Shown in pieces: positions 25,063-37,394 of a stretch of DNA of 64,000 nucleotides (within the stretch, counting starts at the first letter, position 1; each line of letters opens with the position of its first letter). Source of the DNA: Okamejei kenojei (lineage: Eukaryota). The DNA lies in the NCBI GenBank assembly GCA_035221665.1, contig CM069155.1:29512001-29576000 (forward strand), given 5' to 3'. Both the position numbers and the translations under genes were made by a program. The notes under the pieces were generated by a model. The model did no database searches and was not told the origin of the DNA. It saw only the letters and a program-made list of their open reading frames with translations.

Positions 25063-26165
25063 TATTCACATTCAAGCAATTTGCCTTGGTGCTCCGCCTG
25101 CAAGTGACAACATGACATACAATGACAGTTAGGAATGACACATAAAACATTATTGATTGTAACATGTGAATTAAATAAAATACCGATCAAAAGGAGGCTT
25201 ACAGATATTTGATTGTTGAGTAGAGCTACTACTCGTGGGAAAAACATCTGTTTATATGTCTGGCTGTGGCAGCTTTGACGGTTCGGAGTCGCCTTCCAGA
25301 GAGAAGCGAATCAAAGAGTTTGTTGTCAAAGTGAGAGGGGTCAGGGATGATCTTGCCGGCTTGCTTCCAGGCCCTTGCAGTGTACAGTGTACAGTTCATC
25401 ATATGGAGGAAATGTTGCACCAAAAACCTTCTCAACTGATCCGACATAGCTGCAGCCTCCGGATGTCCATGCTTGGTGCTGAGCCAAACTAGACCATGAA
25501 TGAGAAGGTGAGGACAGTTTGTATGATGGCGTATAGAATTGGACCATCATTGCCTTGGCAAATCTTCCACAGCTGGCAGGAAGTACATCCTCTGTTGGCC
25601 TTTTTGACTGTGGATGGAATCTAAAAGACTCCCAGGAAGTTTAAAAGGCTCCACAGATGTGACTGTGGTTTTGTTGATGGTAATGGGTGAGGGGAAGCGG
25701 AGAAACTCCTAAAGTCTACTACAATTCCACTGTCTTAAGAGCATTGAGCTCCAGGTTTGTGATGGCAACAGGCTGCCAGCTGTGTCCGTCCTGTCTATCA
25801 GATTCTTCCCCATCCTGGATTAGTCCAATGAGGGTTGTGTCTCCGCAAACTTGAGAAAGGAGTCAGCTCGACAGATCAGTGGAGGTGCAGTCTTGGTGTA
25901 TGTAGAGATTAGAGGAGAGGGGAGAGCAACGCAGTCTTGCGGTGCTCCTAGCTGAGGGTTTGCAGGTCCGAGAGGGCTTTCCCAGCCTCACATGCTTTCT
26001 GTCTGTCAGGAGCTGCCACCGACAGAGCAGGCACAGTCAACTCGGAAAGTTTGGAGGTAGTAGCTCTGCACAATGGTGTTGAATGCAGAGCTAAAATCAA
26101 CAAACAAATCCTCGCTTAGGTCCAAAGGCCGTCCAGGTGTTGGAGATTTCAGGTCCAATCGGGAT
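25063..26165 (-). mobile_element. Duplicate Rex1/Babar LINE fragment
   Basis: Colinear with 7799-8945. Confidence 0.8.
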
Positions 26166-26168
26166 GGT

Positions 26169-26230
<62 letters not shown>

Positions 26231-27560
26231 AATGAAGCATACTTTGATCCAATTTTTTCATACCGCTGAGTTGTAAGGTCTGCGCAAGCGAAATATGGAG
26301 GTGCTATTATTCCAATTTGCATTTTGACGATAGGACAGTTAGCTCAGCATGGAAATGGGATGGAGTTAAAATGTTAGGTATTCATGTTATCTGGCCATAC
26401 ACTTCTTCCTCCCCTGCCACTTTCAAAATACCTATTCCCTCCTACCAATTACTCTGTCGCCGCCTGCTTTTTCTCCCAAGATGAGACGTTCCCGACTAGA
26501 ACATCAGAGATGTCCTAATTCTTTAGGGAACTAGAGTTCCGCCCTTTTATCATAAATTAGACCATCACACATGTCGCATCTGGATCCAGCAGTTCCTCAC
26601 TTGTTCCCAAGCCCCACAGTTGCGACAGGGACAGTTATTATCCTCCAAAATGTTTTCTTCTCCTCCAAACTACTCACAACATCCCATTCCACCCCCTTCC
26701 TGTGTACCGCAGTGACCATTCCCTTTGAAACTCTCTGGTTCCATCATCAGTTCCCACGCAAACCACCCTCGCCCCAGGGACTTTCCCTTGCAACCGCAGA
26801 AGAAGCAATCCTGTCCTTATACCTCCCACCTCGATTATATCCAGGGACCTGACAGTCGTTTCAGGGGAGGCAGTAGTTTACTTGCACCTTCTCCACCTCA
26901 TCTATTGTTCGGTGTGGGCTCATATAGATTGGCAAGAGGAACTATGAACTTGGTGGTCGTTTCGCTGAACACTTGTGCACAGTCCGCCATGGCCTAAGGG
27001 GTCTTCTAGTTGCCGAAACATTTTCCCACCCATTGAAGAATGGTCTCGACAAGAAACGTCACACATTCCTTCTGTCCAGAGATGCTGCCCCCGTCCCGCT
27101 GAGTTACTCCAGGTTTTCTTTTATCGACCTTCCCGTACTGACCATTCAGTGCTGTCGTTGTCAGAGTGAGGCCACATGCAAATTGAAAGAACAGCACCTC
27201 AAATGTCGCTTGGGCAACTTTTCAACCCAGGGTTATGACTATTGATTTATCTAACTTCAAGCTACTCTTGCATTCCCCCCCCCCCCCCCCCCCTCTCCCA
27301 TCCTTGTAACCTTGAAGGATAATCCTTCCCATTATCGCCCTTTCCCCAGCCAACAATGGTCTATTTTGGGCTCCACCCTTCCTGAAGTCATCTGTTGCCA
27401 GCCCTGATTTGTTCTGGCCTTGTCATTTACAGTTTCCACCCCCACCTCTTTCAGTCTGAAGAAGGCTTCCGATCCGAAATATCACCTATTAATTTTCTCC
27501 AGAGATGCAGCCTGACTCGCTGAGTTATTCCAGCATTTTTGTGTTCACTGTCGGTTTAAA
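26165..27560 (+). mobile_element. Duplicate Penelope-like remnant
   Basis: Colinear with 8945-10320. Confidence 0.78.
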
Positions 27561-27969
27561 GTTGTTTAGCTAAATTTTTCCCTATCCATGTATTTATTTT
27601 TGGGATTAATGTATTGTTGGTCAGACAATGCATCGATCGCCCATCCCTATCTGCCATTGAGAAGCTGATGATAAACTACCTTGAAGCTGTCTGACCTGCT
27701 GAGCTACTTCGGGTTTTTGTGTCTATCTTCAGCAACTATAATCTTGTGATGCCATTCATGTTATACATCCAAAGGTTGGATCAACGAAGTGTGAAAGATG
27801 ATATCGTTCCAAGCCTGATGTGCCATTGCTGACAACTACATTATTATGCAGAAGTTAAACACAAAATGCTGAAGTAAATCAATGGCCAGGCAGAAACTCT
27901 GGACACACAGGATAGGTGGCAGCTTCTGCACCAAGCGCCCAACGCAAATAAGCACCTGCAGTTCCTGGA

Positions 27970-30290
27970 CTCTGCCGAGGGATTTGGATATGTTGGGGAG
28001 AGTGAGCTGAGTAGTGGGAGATGCAATACAGCACAGCAAAGTGTGGAGTTATACATTTGGGTGGCAGGAATAAAGGCATAGACTATTTTCTAAATATAGA
28101 AATAGTTTACAAATCGGAGATACAAAGGGACTTGGGAGTGTTGATGCAGGATTACCAAAATGTTAAATTGCAAGTCGAATCAGTAGGAAGGAATGTGAAT
28201 GCAATGCTAGGATTTATTTCGAGAGGGCTAGAATACAAAACATGAATGTAATGCTGAGGTTATATAAGGAACTGCTCAGACTGGATTTAGATTATTATGC
28301 ACAGTTTAGGCCCCGTATCAGAAGAATTATGTGTTGGCTATGGAGAGGGTCCAGAGGAGGTTTACGAGAATGATACCAGGAATAAATGGGTTAATATGTG
28401 ATGAGGGCACAGGGCTTGTACTCGCAGGAGTTTAGAAGGATGAAGGGATATCTCATTGAAACTTACCAAATAGTGAAAGGCTTATATAGAGTAAACATGG
28501 GGAGGATGTTTCTACTGGTGGGAGAATCTGGGGCCAGTGGCCATAGACTCAGCATTAAAGGATGTACCTTTAGAAAGGAGACGAGGAGGATTGCTTTTAT
28601 TCATGGGATGGTGAATCTTTGGAATCAATTGCCAATAGAGAGGCATGGATATTTTTACAGAGAAACATAGAAACATAGAAAATAGGAGCAGTAGAAGGCC
28701 TTTCGACCCTTGGAGCCTGCACCACCATCCAATATGATCATGCCTAATCATCCATAATCGGTACTCCGTTCCTGCATTTTCCCCCATATCCCTTGATTCC
28801 TAACTATATCTAACTCTCGTGAAAACATCCAATGAATTGGCCCCCACTGCCTTCTGTGGCAGAGGATTCCACTGATTCACAACTCACTTTGTCAAAACGT
28901 TTCTTCTCATCGCAGTCCAAAATGGCCTACCCCTTATTCTTAATCTGTGACGCCTGGTTCTGTTCACCCCCAACATCAGGAATAATAATTCTGCATCAAG
29001 CCTGTCCAATTCCTTCAGAATTTTATATGTTTCTATAAGATCTCTTCTCATCCTTCTAATTTCAGTGAATTCAAGCCCAGTCGTCTCATTCTTTCATCAT
29101 ATGTCATTCCCACCATCCGGGGAATTAACCTGGTGACCTTACGCTGCACTCCCTCAATAGGAAGAATGTCCTTCCATAAATTAGGGGAAATTAAAACTGC
29201 GCACAATAGTCCAGGTGTGGTCTCATCAGGGCCCTGTACATCTGCAGTAGAACCTCCTTGCTCCTATACTCAAATCCTCTCGCTGTGAAGGCCAACATGC
29301 CATTTCATTTCTTCACTGCCTGCTGTACCTGAATGCTTACATTCAGTGACTGATGTACAAGGACATCCAGGCCTCATTGCACCTCACCTTTTCCTAAACT
29401 GACACAATTCAGATTCAGGGGTCTGAAGAAGGGTCTCGACCCGAAACGTCGCCTATCTCCTTCGCTCCTTAGATGCTGCTGCACCCGCTGAGTTTCTCCA
29501 GCTTTTTGTGTACCCACAATTCAGATTATAATCTGCCTTTTTGTTCTTGCCACCAAAATGGATAACCTCACATGTAGCCACATTATACTGCATCTGCCAT
29601 GCATCTGCCCACTCACCCAACCTATCCAAGTTAACCTACAGCCCATACCACCCTCCTCACACTGCCACCCAGCTTTGTGTCATCCGCAAACTTGGAGATG
29701 TTACTTTTAATTCCCTCATCTGGATCGTCAATACATATTGTAAATAACTGGGGTTACAGCACTGAGCATTGCGGCACCCCACCAGTCATTGTCTTGCCAT
29801 TCTGAAAGGGACCCGTTAATTCCTTCTCTTCGCTTCCTGCCTGCCAACGAGGTATCCATGTCAATACCCTGCTCCCAAAAACCATGTGCTCTAATTTTGC
29901 ACACTAATTCACTTGTGTGGGACCTTGTCAAAGGCGTTTTGAAAGTACAGATACAACACATCAACTGGCTCTCCCTTTTCCATTCTACTTGTTACATCCT
30001 CAAAAGTTTCCAGAAGATTAGTCAAGCATGATTTCCCCTTCATAAATCCATGCTGACTTTGTCCGATCCCTTCATTGCTTTCAAAATGTGCTGCAATTAC
30101 ATCTTTAATAATTGAAAAATGTAAAGTGGAGATTGACAGATCCTTGATTGGTACAGGTGGTACGGATATAAGACATGAGAATGGGGTTGAGAGGTTAAGA
30201 TAGATCTGCCATGATTGAATGGTTGACTAGCTTTGATGGGCCGAATGGCCTAATTCTGCTTCTAGAACAATGAATTTATGAACTTATGAA
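27970..30290. mobile_element. Duplicate nested CR1(+)/CR1(-) block
   Basis: Colinear with 10725-13045. Confidence 0.78.
29416..29514 (+). mobile_element. Second copy of the 99-bp hammerhead insertion
   Basis: TSD CACAATTCAGATT at 29403-29415 and 29515-29527; core CTGAAGA at 29423; GTC at 29448-29450. Confidence 0.85.
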
Positions 30291-30719
30291 TTATGCGTCT
30301 GGTTCTTGAATGCCTTGGTGACCATTTTGTTGAGGTTATACGTAAGGGGACTGATTAGAATGTATTCTGTAGATGGCACAGACTGTGGGCTTGTTGCACT
30401 TGTGGCAAAGAGAGACAAAGGATGGGATTATGTCATTGAAATAAAACTTAATCTCACGCCTTTACGCTCATTAAACCAGAACTGATATAGACGGCGGTTA
30501 ATAATAAGAAGTCATATGAATTTCTGCCCTTCCAGGTTCCTGTTTGCTATAGCTGGTCTGGGGAACTCGAAAGTCCTGGCACCTTTCGGGGTCATGAGCT
30601 AATGTGCAGTCTTTCTCTCTCTCTCTTTTTTTTTTCCTTTCAAAAACATTATTCGACACAATCATATGATACAACACATCAAAACGTAATTAAAAATTAC
30701 ACTATATCAAAAAAGATCA

Positions 30720-33700
30720 TTATAGTACAAAAGTACATTCATTGTTTACAATACTCTCAACCCCACATGGTGACCAGCACCCACGGAAAGCCTCCAGAGT
30801 CCCCGTAGACACCACGAGTTCCCACTCCAGGGATACACGTGCACGGACGTAGGCCCGAAAGAGGGGCAGGAAGCCGACTCTAGCCTGACCATCGACCGTC
30901 CGCTGCCTGGACCCGCAAATGGCCATCTTGGCCAGGCCCAGGAGCAAACCGACAGGGAAGTCCCCCCCCCCCCCCCCCCCCCCCACTCGGCTCTCCCCAC
31001 TCCCTGCCTTATGTCCGAACTCCAGGATTGCGGGACAAAAATGCAACCAGAACTTGAGGAACAACCTCTTCAGATATTGATACAGGGGCAGTAACCTCTC
31101 ACACTCCATATACACATGGAACACGGTCTCTTCCTCGCCGCAGAAAATACAGGCGGCGGACGAGCCCGTGAACCGACTCAAAAGTTTATTACATACCACC
31201 GCTCTGTGCAACACTCTCCACCCCAGGTCCCCAATGTAAAGGGGAACAATTCCCTTATAGAAGGACCCCCACTGGGGACCACCCCCGCCTTCAGGTGGTA
31301 ACACCGTCCGCCATGGTGTGTCGGGATGGGAGACGAAGGCAAGGAGGTGCAGAATGTGCAGGAGCATCCTGTACAGTGTGCGTCTCTTCGCATCACGAAC
31401 TGGCATGCTGGTCATCTCAGAAAGGCTCAGATTGTGTGGAGCCAGTGCCCGAGAATTATCCCGGAGCCTACGCCCGATGAGCAGATCTGACGGAGCAGGG
31501 GTAAGTTCAGTCAGAACCACTCCAGGCGCACGCCTCTCCTCGACACCCGCTAAGACAGGGTGAGGACCGGACACTCCCGCAGCCACGACATCCCCCTCCC
31601 CTCGTGGAGCAACACGCTGGCTGAAGACAGCCAAATTTCTCATTCTTAGCACATCCTGGTAGAAGACAGGCAAGCCCCTTAGGGCAGGTCGACTGATGCC
31701 CGCCACCGGGAGCCGTGAGACCCCCCTTAGGCAACGACCCCGACGGAAAAATACATGGCCAGAGCGTGCCATCTGGGGGGGTTCTCTACATACATGTACC
31801 TCCGCAGAGTCCTGAGGCGGAGAGCCGCCACCTGGGTACACACGCATACGAAGGACTGGCCGCCTTCCTCTAACGGGAGACTCAGGACACCCGCAGAAAC
31901 GCAGTGCTTCCTATTTCCCCAAAAGAAATCTACCAGCTTCTTCTGTAAAGCAGTTGCAAAGATAGAGGGTGGGACAAGAGTAGCCAGCCGTTACCATAAC
32001 ATGGAGGCCACCAGCTGGTTTATGACCAGAACCCTCCCCCGAAAGAAAAGAACTCCAAGCAGGCCTGACCAGCGCCCCAGCCGGGCAACCACTTTCGCCT
32101 CCAACTCCTGCCAGTTTGCTGGCCAAGCATTCTCAGTGGGACTCAGGTACACCCCCAGATAGAGGAGGTGCGTAGTACTCCACGCAAACATTACCATCGC
32201 CACCGGCAGGGAGTCTACCTGCCACTGACCCACTAAAATTCCAGAACACTTACTCCAGTTAATCCTAGCAGAAGATGCGGCCGAGAAAACCTTCTGGCAG
32301 TCACGCACCCTCCGCAGGTCACCAGGATCGGTGAACATAAGAAGTACATCATCGGCATACACCGAAAGAACCACCTCCACCCCCGGGCCAGGTAGGGCCA
32401 GGACTGTCAACCACCTCCGAAGAAGACACAGGAATGGCTCCACACAGACTGAGTACAACTGACCCGACATGGGGGCACCCCTGACGGACCCCCTTCCCAA
32501 AATGAAAAGGAGACAACTACGCACCATTAACCTTCACAAGGCACTCCACTGCAGCGTACAAAAGCCGGACTCGGGCTACAAAATGCGGTCCAAACCCAAA
32601 CACTTGCAATGTCCCGAAGAGGTATTCATGCTCTATCCTATCAAAAGCCTTCTCCTGATCAAGAGACAGAAAAACAGCTGACTGACCAGTACCCTGGGCT
32701 AGATGAATCAGGTCCCTAACCAGGTGGATGTTATCCTGAATGGACCGGCCAGGGATTGTATAGGACTGGTCAGGATGAATCAGTTGAGACAGCACGGAGC
32801 CCAGGCGATTTGCCATTGCCCGTGCAAAAAGTTATACTCTGTACATAGGAGAGAGACCGGGCGCTAGTTCTTCAACAAGCGGAGTTCACCCTTCTTAGGC
32901 AGCAGGATGACAACTGCCCTAAGCCATGAGAGGGGCATCTCCCCGGTCGCCAGGCTCTCCCCCAGAACCAACATGTAGTCAGTCACCCCCTAGGATATCC
33001 CAGAAAGCTCTAACAAACTGTACCATCAGCCCATCCAGCCCGGGGGACTTACCCCTCCTGAGCTGATGCAGGGCACGAGTCAACTCCTCCAAAGATAAGG
33101 GGCCATCAAGAAGATCGGCCACCTGCCTATCTACAGTTGGTAGACCCTCTCACAGATCTTGCTGAGCCTCCCCGCTGAATCCCTCCGCAGAGAACAGGGA
33201 CCCATAAAAGGACCTGACCAAGGCACTGATCCTATTTGGATCAGTGACAGAGGAGTCATCATCTGCGAGCAGCTCCACGAGCTGTTTGCGAGCTCCCCGC
33301 CCTTTCTCCAGAGAGAAATAGAAAGGTGAAGCTCGGTCCAGATCGTGCAGCATCTGGACCCGCGACCTCACGTAAGTGCCTCGGGACCGCTCAAGCAGCA
33401 GGCTCCTCAAAGCTTCCTTCTTCTTCTGAAACTCTCCCCATTCGCTGGAGTCTTCACCAAACCGACCCAGGCGAGACTCTGCATCCAGTATCTCCCTCTC
33501 AAGCCTCTCGACCGCTGAGTCCCGCCTTCCGGTCGACCCCCACGTATAATCCTTACGAAAAAGATGGATGTGAGCTTTCCCCACATCCCACTGCCTAAGG
33601 GAAGAGAAGCACCTCTGCCTCTCTCTCCACTTCACCAAAAACCGACTGAATGACTCCCGGAAAACACCGATCCTCCAGCAGCCTGTTATTAAAGTGCCAG

Positions 33701-34430
33701 TAGGCGGACCCAGCCCGAGCGCACGCTGGATTAAAATCCACGCGCACCAGACAGTGGTCCGAGCACGGCACCAGCCGCATTGAGGCCGCTGAGACACGGG
33801 AAACAAATGCTCGGGAAATATATATTCGATCAATGAGGGAACCACCACCCTCAAACCTCCGCGAAAAAGCAGTGGAATCCGGGTGGAGGTTCCGCCACGC
33901 ATCAACCAACTCAAAGGAGTCAATCAATCCTCTCAGCTTCCTCACTACAGCAGGGGCACACTGAGTACCAGAACGGTCTCGCGCCTCAAGTGTGCAATTA
34001 AAATCCCCACCAAGGAAGACACACTCTCCCCTATCAATAGTCCTTAACAGAGCAGTCATCTCCTGAAGTAGTCCGGCCTGCATCATGCCAGAGCTAGGGG
34101 CATACACATTAATGAAATGCAACGGCATGCCACCCAGGCTCATGGCCAGATGGAGCAAACGTCCTGGCACAACTTCTTGCACTTTTAAAACATTTGGCAG
34201 AAAGTACGGGGCCAACAGAAAGGCCACCCCACTAGAATTCGAGCTGAGATGGCTCATGTAGACACCCCCTTCCCACTCCAGTCGCCAGGTGGGTTCGTCA
34301 CTAACAATGGTATGCGTCTGTTGCAGAAAACACACCGCAGATTTCCCCTCTCTAAGGACTGATAAAAGCTGAAATCTGCGAAAACTCGCTCTACTCCCAT
34401 TTCAATTTAATGTAGCTACTGTGAATGCGC
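30720..34430 (-). pseudogene. Tx1 ORF2 (APE-RT-zinc finger), broken by frameshifts and stops
   Basis: ORF pieces 33595-34335, 33150-33923, 32517-32816, 31991-32527 and 30720-31847 carry the successive domains. Confidence 0.85.
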
Positions 34431-34653
34431 AGGCACACTAGATTGAGACCCTCACACTTCGCCTAGACTCAAAAACTCTCTCTCTGAGGAACTCTAAAAA
34501 GTCACCGAACTGACTCTTCTCAGAGTCAGGAAGATCACTATCCTTGTTGCCAAGGATTGCCTCGCGAGTCTTAATTAAAACTGGCCAATCCTCCTACCCT
34601 TTTTTTGCAGCCTCCTTTTTTGTTCTGATGGTCCGGCTTGTTTTTAGGAACTC

Positions 34654-36525
34654 TCACACCTCACGGATAACACTTGCATGAGACATGGCCTTGGAGCCTG
34701 GGCACTCGGCCAATCCACTCGCACCTGAAACAACAAGCTTATCAGCACAGCGCCCAGGGTCGTTGTCAGAAATCGAAAGACCAGAACTCTCTGAAAGCTC
34801 GCTAATCCCGCTACACAAACTGGCCCTGTCACTCTCCCCCTCCTCCGGCACAACACCACCCCCATGATCAATGCCGGGGAAGGGTCCCGAATCCCCTGAC
34901 TGCAACAAGCAGCCCACTGAATGGCTGGGCTCCAGCACTCTACCATCACCCTCCACGTCTGGGCCTGGGGAAGAAAAAACAAGAGGCACCCCCAGGGCCT
35001 GTGGTACACTGGCACCCCCGGAATCTGAAAGAGGATCACGACCCGAAACAGCCCCGACCTCCACAGCACCTAGAGCACCCTCTCCACAGGCAACACCCAG
35101 AGAATCTCCACTTGCTTTTAAAATCTCCCCTGCCAACTCAGCCGGTGAGGCAGCACACCCCCCAGCACCTTCACTGGCACTGATATGGAGCACAGACTGG
35201 TACACTAATGCCCCCGAACCTCCCCCTTTGGGCTGACTCTGCTCACTCCCTGTCTCAGGGGGCACACTACCAGGGTAGCTAACCCCATCATCTGGCATGC
35301 CAACACCCTCAGTAGGCCTCTGAAACGAGGGGACCTCCTCCGACCCAGAGGACACACACCCAGGGGAGCTAACCTCAACGCCCGATGAGATAACTCCCTT
35401 GGAGGGCCGCTGAAACAAAGGGGAATCCACCAGCCCAGAGGACACAACACCAGAGGAGTCAACCCCAGCACATGGTCTTATAATACCCGCTGATGATCCC
35501 TGAAATGGAGGCCCAACCTCCGACCTGGAAGACACCAGTTCAAGACCACTAACCACATCAGTGGTTGAAGGTCTGGAAAAAGACATCCCCCTAGCTTTGG
35601 ACCCACGCCCTTGCTCTTCCTCACCAGGCACATGCCTCCTTTTTGCCCCGCTAGCATGCGGCGGTACGGTGACCTCCATAACGGAAGTGTCTTCCGCCTC
35701 CACACTACCCCCAGCCACTTTACCACCCGCATGTTTTAACTTCCCTGCCCCCATCTGAACCACCTCAGCTCCTTGCTGGGCCACGGCAGGTGCAACCACT
35801 TTACCACCGCGCACCATTGAGGTTTGACGAGCCACCCCGGATGGGCCAGCAGTGCATTCCTGGGCCACTGTGCTAGAACGTCTCGCAGCGACCCCGCGAA
35901 TAAGACACTCCCTACGGAGATGTCCAAATTTGCCGCACGCATGACACCGTGCCTTCCCCCAACTCCAACGCACGGTTCTAGGGAGACCCCTACACTCCAC
36001 CTCGAAACTCCCCTCAGCGCCTTCCCACTCACCCACCTTCATGAACACCCTCCTCTTGAAACTGAAGATTCCTTTTTCCTCCGGGTCCCCCCCCCCCCCG
36101 GGGTGCATGAGCCTAAAGCACTTAGACTGCACCTCCCCAAACTTAGACAGGTGTGGAATAAGTGACGCGTCCGGAATACATGTGGGGCAACTCCACAGGA
36201 GAACCGGTCTCACCCTGGATACCCACGGATCCACCTGTATGTGGACCCCCCCCCCCACTGAGATCCCCTTCTCCAACGCTCGGGCCACACCCTCCTGGGT
36301 CTTTAACATCATCTCAACCTTTCCTCTATCGAGCTCGGAAGAGACAATAGCTCCCCTCCCAAGAAGTTCATTCATGGCCTTTGTAATTGCTCCCCTGGAC
36401 CTCATAGGCCCAGTTTGAACTGAGATACCAAATCCGTCCCAATCCAAGTCAACATGAGGCTCATGCTCAGATGGCCTCGTACCCGCCACTGTAGCCACCT
36501 TCGGCCGTGCCCCAGACATCGCCAT
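34654..36525 (-). CDS. Tx1 ORF1 (gag-like, CCHC zinc knuckle)
   Basis: 623-aa ORF containing CHACGKFGHLRREC, upstream of ORF2; the C-terminus is probably frameshifted. Confidence 0.8.
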   Translation of the reverse strand: MAMSGARPKVATVAGTRPSEHEPHVDLDWDGFGISVQTGPMRSRGAITKAMNELLGRGAIVSSELDRGKVEMMLKTQEGVARALEKGISVGGGVHIQVDPWVSRVRPVLLWSCPTCIPDASLIPHLSKFGEVQSKCFRLMHPGGGGDPEEKGIFSFKRRVFMKVGEWEGAEGSFEVECRGLPRTVRWSWGKARCHACGKFGHLRRECLIRGVAARRSSTVAQECTAGPSGVARQTSMVRGGKVVAPAVAQQGAEVVQMGAGKLKHAGGKVAGGSVEAEDTSVMEVTVPPHASGAKRRHVPGEEEQGRGSKARGMSFSRPSTTDVVSGLELVSSRSEVGPPFQGSSAGIIRPCAGVDSSGVVSSGLVDSPLFQRPSKGVISSGVEVSSPGCVSSGSEEVPSFQRPTEGVGMPDDGVSYPGSVPPETGSEQSQPKGGGSGALVYQSVLHISASEGAGGCAASPAELAGEILKASGDSLGVACGEGALGAVEVGAVSGRDPLSDSGGASVPQALGVPLVFSSPGPDVEGDGRVLEPSHSVGCLLQSGDSGPFPGIDHGGGVVPEEGESDRASLCSGISELSESSGLSISDNDPGRCADKLVVSGASGLAECPGSKAMSHASVIREV

Positions 36526-37047
36526 CCTGACATAGGCACAAACCAGTTACAGGCACCCCAGCAGCTCAGTTCCAAGTTAAGTTCCAGAGACAGTCACAGT
36601 CAAAGACAAGCAGCAGAAAGCAGAAACCTCCAGCTAACGCAGGAAAGTCCCCAAGTTCGTCCACAGCCGAGAGCAGCTTTTGGGAAGCTCTATCCCAGTC
36701 TAGCTGGGAGCAAAAGTACCTTCTTCACATTAAGCCAGGCAACCGCACTGTGCAAAATGACGTTAGGGCAGAGAAACGGTGCAAAAAAAGACAAAGACAC
36801 CGAAATCTTCGTACCCTCGATCTCCAGGCACTCTTGGCAGTCCGCCAACGACAACCGCACCCTCGACAATGTAGAGAAAACTTAGGAATGTTCACACTAG
36901 TAGAGAAATCCTAGGACAAAGGAAAGTTTCAACAGTCCAACGATAAGTTAAACTATGAAGCCCTCTGCCTCTGTTCCTTCTCCAACATCAAAATCCTTGA
37001 AAGGCTGCTTCAATCCTTCTCAACCGCAGAGCTGAGAAGAAAACACA

Positions 37048-37049
<2 letters not shown>

Positions 37050-37118
<69 letters not shown>
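37050..37118 (+). repeat. (CT)n microsatellite, target of the Tx1 element
   Basis: Pure CT run of about 34 units. Confidence 0.95.
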
Positions 37119-37120
<2 letters not shown>

Positions 37121-37394
37121 GAAGGTGAGTTCTGTGAGCTAGATCGAAACATTCATCTATACAATCAATAAATCTGATCTCGACACTAGAGTAAACTCTG
37201 TTTTAAAACTATATTCTTCTTTGTACTCAAGAAACAGTGAGCTATTTATTAAATCAAGGGCTGAGCTTGTCTCGTATATCGCATGAAATTGAGATATCCC
37301 AATAGACATCTGAAGTTCAGTGGGGTCAACTGTTTTACGAGTCACCATGTCCATTTTCTTGACTATTAAACATTAAACAAACCTTCATCAATGC

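Larger units (their letters stand above)
30626..37049 (-). mobile_element. Full-length Tx1-clade retrotransposon inserted in a (TC)n microsatellite (Kibi-like)
   Basis: ORF1 + ORF2, poly(A) at 30626-30635, and CT repeats on both sides. Empty paralogous site at about 60021-60070. Confidence 0.9.

Noticed and set aside
26168-26229. Long poly-G/poly-C tracts (also near 8956, 13719, 48568 and 61677) as G-quadruplex or switch-like regions
   Set aside because: Lengths differ widely between near-identical duplicates, so these are unreliable homopolymers within TEs; the poly-Gly/Pro ORFs are artefacts.
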